Source: an uncultured Chloroflexia bacterium (GTDB taxonomy: Bacteria > Chloroflexota > Limnocylindria > Limnocylindrales > CSP1-4). Taken from it: a stretch of 64,000 nt of DNA. The position numbers were made by a program, and so were the translations under genes. Under the pieces are notes generated by a model. It worked only from the letters and a program-made list of their open reading frames with translations, was not told the DNA's origin and did no database searches. Shown here in pieces: positions 62,230 through 64,000 of this stretch (its first letter is position 1; the number at the start of each line of letters is the position of its first letter). The stretch spans positions 576,001 to 640,000 of the forward strand of contig CAVVJT010000007.1 in NCBI GenBank assembly GCA_963748625.1, written 5' to 3'.

Positions 62230-64000
62230 TCAGTCGTCCGCGCCAGAACCCGAACCCGCCGCGCCAGAACCCGCCGCGCCAGAACCCGCCGCGCCAGAAC
62301 CAGAACCCGCCGCGCCAGAACCCGCCGCGCCAGAACCCGAACCCGCCGCGCCAGAACCACCAGCCGCCGCCGCAGCACCCGCCGCCGACGTGTGCGGGTT
62401 CAGCGGCCATGTCACACCCTCGGGCGCCTGCTCGCCGGACTCCGAGCCGGACCCCGACGTGGGCTGCCCGAACGCCGGCGACGTGACCGGCAGCACCTGC
62501 TCCTTGTGGCAGCGCGCGCAGTACACCGGCTGGTGGCAGTACGCGCAGGACTGGTTGCCCTGCTCGCGGATCACTGCAGCGTGGTTCGTCGCCATCTCGT
62601 CATGCCCGATCGAGATCGCGCCCGTCGAGTGGCAGTTCACGCAGTAGTCCTGCGCATGGCACTCCACGCACGTCGTCTGCGCCGGGTCGATCGAGGTCGC
62701 CACGTTCGCATGGTTGAACACCCAGAGATCGTCCTGGTGCGTGCTCGGCGGCTGGCCCAACGGCAGAGAGGCAACCGCCGGCCCGATCTGCGGGAACGTG
62801 TGGCACGTGTTGCAGGTGGACGGGATCGATTCCTTGGTCGCAACCCCATCCTCCACCCGGAAGTGCCCGCCGTCGTGGCAGCGGAAGCAGCCCGGGTAGT
62901 CCTGGTGCCCCTTCTGGTTCGGCGTAGGTCGCGGGGGTCACCTGCATCGCCGGCAGCGCCGTCTGCGGATACAGGTCCTTCAGCGCCACGATGGCGCCGC
63001 GGATCTGGGCCAGCTTCGTGGCGTAGATGTCCGGGTAGTTCACCTGGTACCACGCCTCCAGCGCATCGATCTCCGCGAACGCGGCCGCCTCATCGGGGTA
63101 CGCGGCCCACAGGATGCGCATCGACTCGCGCTTGATGAACGGCAGGGAGTCGTCGATCGTCCCCACCTGGAGCATGTAGTCCACGGCGTCGCGCGGGTTC
63201 GTGATGTCGTGGCCGACGCGGTTGTGGCAGTCGTAGCAGCTGACCTCGGTCAGCTCCCCGAGCGCCTTGATCGCCTCGATCTCGGGCTCGACGTTCTCAA
63301 CGTCGACGATGTGGGACTGCGCAGATGTACTCGACCTCCGAGCCATCGGCGCGCGTCGCCACCACGTAGTCGATCGAGGCGCCGTTGAGGCCGGTCCCCG
63401 CGTACTCCATGGGCAGCGCGACGTGGTTGTGCACGCTCCGGTCAACGTCGAACGGATCGCCGCCCGTGGGCCGGACCATCAGCCCGACGAACTCGCGGCT
63501 GTTCTCGGAGTCCTCGGAGAACGACTCCTTGGAGCGCACGCTCGCGAAGGAGCGCTGCTCCAGCGAGTGGCATTCCCGGCACGTGTCCTCCGTGGTGGGG
63601 AGCGCGGTGTGCTCGGGCGGGTGGATCGGCGTGGGGTACGTGCCCAGCACCGTGTCGATCAGCTGGCGCGTGCCGTTCATCTTGGCCTTGACCCAGCCGG
63701 CGATGCCTGGCTCCACGTGGCACTCGCCACAGGTGACGTTCCGGTGCGGGCCCGAGGAATAGGCCTGGAGCTCCGGGGCCATCGTGTGGCAGCGGCCGCA
63801 GAAGTCGGCGGACTCCGTCCAGGAGATGACGGTGACGCCGGCGTAGATCCCCACGAAGCCCACGGCACTGAGCACCAGCAGGAGGGCAAAGAGGCCACCG
63901 CGCGATTTCGGCAGCCGGATGCGGAGCCGCCGGCCGCGCAGGTAGAACGGGCTCCTGCGCTTGGCCGGGGCGCCCGAATTGGACTCCGAAGCCGAAGCCT
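62230..64000 (-). CDS. NapC/NirT-domain multiheme cytochrome c (10 CxxCH visible), frameshifted, start at or beyond the window edge
   Basis: TM helix followed by CGRCH, CGECH, CRECH, CYDCH, CFRCH, CNTCH, CVECH, CVNCH, CAYCH and CARCH; GSGAA repeat tail. Confidence 0.85.

Noticed and set aside
62240-62365. 15-bp tandem repeat
   Set aside because: It encodes the GSGAA low-complexity tail of the cytochrome, an ordinary coding microsatellite.

Overview
A 64-kb stretch of a very GC-rich bacterial chromosome. Gene content and style suggest Chloroflexota, probably Limnocylindria-like (inference). Many otherwise intact genes carry single-base frameshifts, most likely long-read assembly errors. Metabolic and housekeeping genes include pgl, a Tm-1-like/TIM-barrel pair, citrate synthase, corA, LCP, photolyase, a sulfonate-type ABC transporter with an Rrf2 regulator, SbcCD-like proteins, an ECF sigma/anti-sigma pair, aroQ, tnaA and MFS pumps. 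A complete selenocysteine set (selA, selB, tRNA-Sec, selD, next to mobA) is interleaved with a polyamine-type ABC importer and three non-pyrrolysine MttB methyltransferases. The window also has an orphan eCIS-style effector with a papain-like tip and a multiheme cytochrome/NHL/TPR cluster. The most striking unexplained signal is a family of intergenic elements of fixed length (111 bp, one copy 112 bp): two 16-bp dyads around a 79-bp asymmetric core. Eight co-oriented copies are present, plus relatives that keep the core geometry but have different terminal dyads. One copy lies about 55 bp downstream of an XRE-HTH/PD-(D/E)XK nuclease gene, a candidate REP/RAYT-like repeat-nuclease system that does not use an HUH enzyme.
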